In this document: positions 61,772-64,000 of the stretch, piece after piece | Numbering within the stretch: position 1 is the first letter of the stretch | Layout: every line of letters starts with the position of its first letter | Assembly (NCBI GenBank): GCA_013265495.1 | Contig: MU057744.1 | Span: 808,001-872,000 of the forward strand | Length of the DNA: 64,000 nucleotides | Direction: 5' to 3' | From: Vicugna vicugna | Lineage: Eukaryota | Made by a program: the position numbers and the translations under genes | Notes under the pieces: model-generated | What the model was told of the DNA's origin: nothing | The model's database searches: none | The model's input: the letters and a program-made list of their open reading frames with translations, nothing else

Positions 61772-64000
61772 CAGTGGTTCCCAGTCTTTTTGGTCTCTAG
61801 ATGCTTCACACTGATGAATTATTTGTTGTTTTGCTTGCTTTTTTTTATTGAGGTAAAATTGAAGGCATATATTAGTCTTTGGTGTGCAGTGTAATGATCC
61901 GATATTTATGTCTGTTGCAAAATGGTCACCACCTAGAGTTTCCAGATTTTTTTGTGACGGGAACTGGCAAGACCCACTCTTTTCACGACTTTCAGATATG
62001 CAGTACAGTGTTAACTGTAGTTGCCGTGCTGTGCGCCAGTCCCCAGGACTTAGTTTCTCACTGGAAGTCTGTGCCTTTTGACCCCTATCATCCACTCCCT
62101 CCTCTGGCAACCGCCAGTCTGTTCTCTGTATCTGTGAGCTTAGGGTTGGTTTGTTTTTAGAGTCCACATATAAGTGAGATCATGCGGTATTTATCTTTTT
62201 TTGTATATATATATATTTTTATTGAAGTACAGTCAGTTTACAACGCTGTGTCATTGGTGTACAGTATAAAAAAGTTTCATCTTTTTTTAGTTGACTTATT
62301 TCACTTAGCATAATGCTTTCAAGGTCCAGCCATATTTTTGCAAATGGCACGATTTCATTATTTTTTGTGGCTGAATATTTCTCTGTGTGTGTGTGTGTAT
62401 CGCATTTTCTTTATCCATTCCTGCCTCGCAGGACATTTAGGTTATTTCCACTCTTGGCTGTTGTAAGGAATGCTGCAGTGAACATGGGGGTGTATGCATC
62501 TTTTTGAATTACTGTTTTTGTTTCCTTCAGATACATATTCAGAAGCGGAATGGCTGGATCATGTGGTGGTTCTATTTTTAGTGTTTTGAGGAGCCGCCAC
62601 AGTGGCTGCACCATTTACATCCCCACCAACAGTGCACAAGGGCTCCCTTTTCTCCACGTCCTCGCCAAACTTGTTGTCTCTTGCCTTTTTGATAATAGCC
62701 GTTCTGACAGGTGTGCAGTGGTACTTGGTGTGGTTTTGATTTTTATTTCCTGATCATGAATGATGTTGGGCACTTTTTCATGTTCCAGTTGGCCTTTTAT
62801 ATGTCTTCTTTGGAAAATGTCTCTTTTGGAAAAATGTTCAGATCCTCTGCCCATTTTAAAATCAGATTGTGGTGGTGTTTGTTGTTTTTGCTGTTGAGTT
62901 GTATGAGTTCTTTATGTGTTTTATGTATCAACCCCTTACCACACATAGACTTCGCAGGCATTTTCTCCCATTCGGTGGGCTGCCTTTTGATTGCGTTGAT
63001 GGTTTCCTTTGCTCTGCAGCAGCTTTTCATTTTGATGTAGCCCCGCTTGTTTATTTGTGCTTTTGTTTCCTTTGCTTTTGGAGTCAGATCCAAAAAATCA
63101 CCAAGACTGATGTCAAGCTTGCTGCCTGTGTTTCCTTCTGGGAGGTTATGGCTTCAGGTCTTACATTTGAGTCTGTCATTCATTTTGAGTTAATTTTTGT
63201 GTACGGTGTAAGATAGTGGTCCATTTTCCCCGACACCATTTACTGAAGAGAGTGTCCTTTCCCCACTGAAGGTTCTTGGCACTTCGTTGTAAATGAGCTG
63301 GCCGTGTCTTCGTAGGTTCCTGTCTGAGCTGTCCACGCTGCTGATCTGTGCGTCTGTTTCTGTGCCAATACCATTTTGCTTTGATTGCTGTAACTTTGGA
63401 GTATAGTTTGAAGTCAGGGGGCACGATGCCTCTGCTTTATTCTTTTTGCTCGGGATTGCTTTGGCTGTTCGGGGTTACACTGATGGATTATCGAGGACCC
63501 CAGAATGCTTTTGTTTGGGGGTATGTGTGCGAGAGAAAATTTTTTAATTCCTCAGTTTATTAATTCATTATTAATAAACCCATGTTACTACAAATTTCTT
63601 TTTTATAGAAAAAAGAACTATGTTTTCCAAAACAAATGATGGAGAATAATAGTATTGTTTTAAAATTTTGTGAATCTATTTTAATAGCTGGCTTAATAGA
63701 ATACAGCTGGGTTCTCACAGCTGCTTCTGCATCCAATCTGTGATGTGTTTTGCTTGAAGTACATGAAGAAAACCCAGCCTCACAGAGATACATAGTTGCA
63801 AAAATGAGTATTTTAATACCTTTTTACTATAATGGCAAACATTCTTTAATATACATCCAAACTCAGTAAGTTGTGATTTCTTAAAAGCCAGCTGCAGTGT
63901 GGAATGTAACCCCTATCAGTGCACTTTTCAGAGCGTGTTACACAGGAGCACCTGCTGGTTTACCTTGCGCTTTGAGTGGACCTTTTTACCCATGCGTGGA
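61772..64000. mobile_element. Charlie1-like hAT element split by an L1
   Basis: cagtggttcccagtctttttggtctc at 61772. Resumes gaggaccccagaatgcttttgttt after 63491. Confidence 0.7.
61823..63476 (-). mobile_element. Older L1 (ORF2 3' part plus 3'UTR), with a short younger L1 nested at about 62200-62270
   Basis: ORF remnants DLTPKAKETKAQINK..YIK.KS.C.AKETI, PDFKLY.K...IK..WYW and P.DPAIPLL. TSD acactgatg(a/g)attat at 61808-61822 and 63477-63491. Confidence 0.92.

Noticed and set aside
1..64000. CRISPR arrays, operons or other prokaryotic-type systems
   Set aside because: The sequence is mammalian. There are no regularly spaced direct repeats with unique spacers and no dense coding regions.

Overview
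Mammalian genomic DNA, most likely camelid (alpaca/camel). This is inferred from about 9 copies of a short tRNA-derived vic-1-type SINE, young L1 3' ends with intact target-site duplications (TSDs), and no recognisable Alu, Bov-A, PRE-1 or Can-SINE. The only protein-coding gene is GPR137B (TM7SF1, a lysosomal 7-TM protein) on the + strand. Coding exons 1-5 (33779-34192, 48531-48580, 55293-55515, 58293-58442, 60707-60835) give 966 nt or 322 codons, all introns are GT-AG, and the remaining exons lie beyond the window. The promoter is a CpG island with a 25-N assembly gap, a CCAAT box, an M-box and a PU.1/ETS site. The rest is intergenic or intronic DNA with L1, L2, MIR, MaLR/ERVL LTRs and hAT/TcMar fossils. 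The most notable observations are: (1) a GGC-repeat poly-glycine uORF whose stop overlaps the GPR137B start codon (ATGA); (2) orphan CpG islands apparently built from ancient repeats shifted AT->GC, a candidate signature of GC-biased gene conversion; (3) a decayed ERV-L provirus with integrase and dUTPase motifs just upstream of the promoter; (4) divergently oriented CTCF motifs; (5) a perfect 14-bp hairpin. Repeat family names come from recalled consensus sequences, not from a search. I found no evidence for a wholly new multi-gene system.
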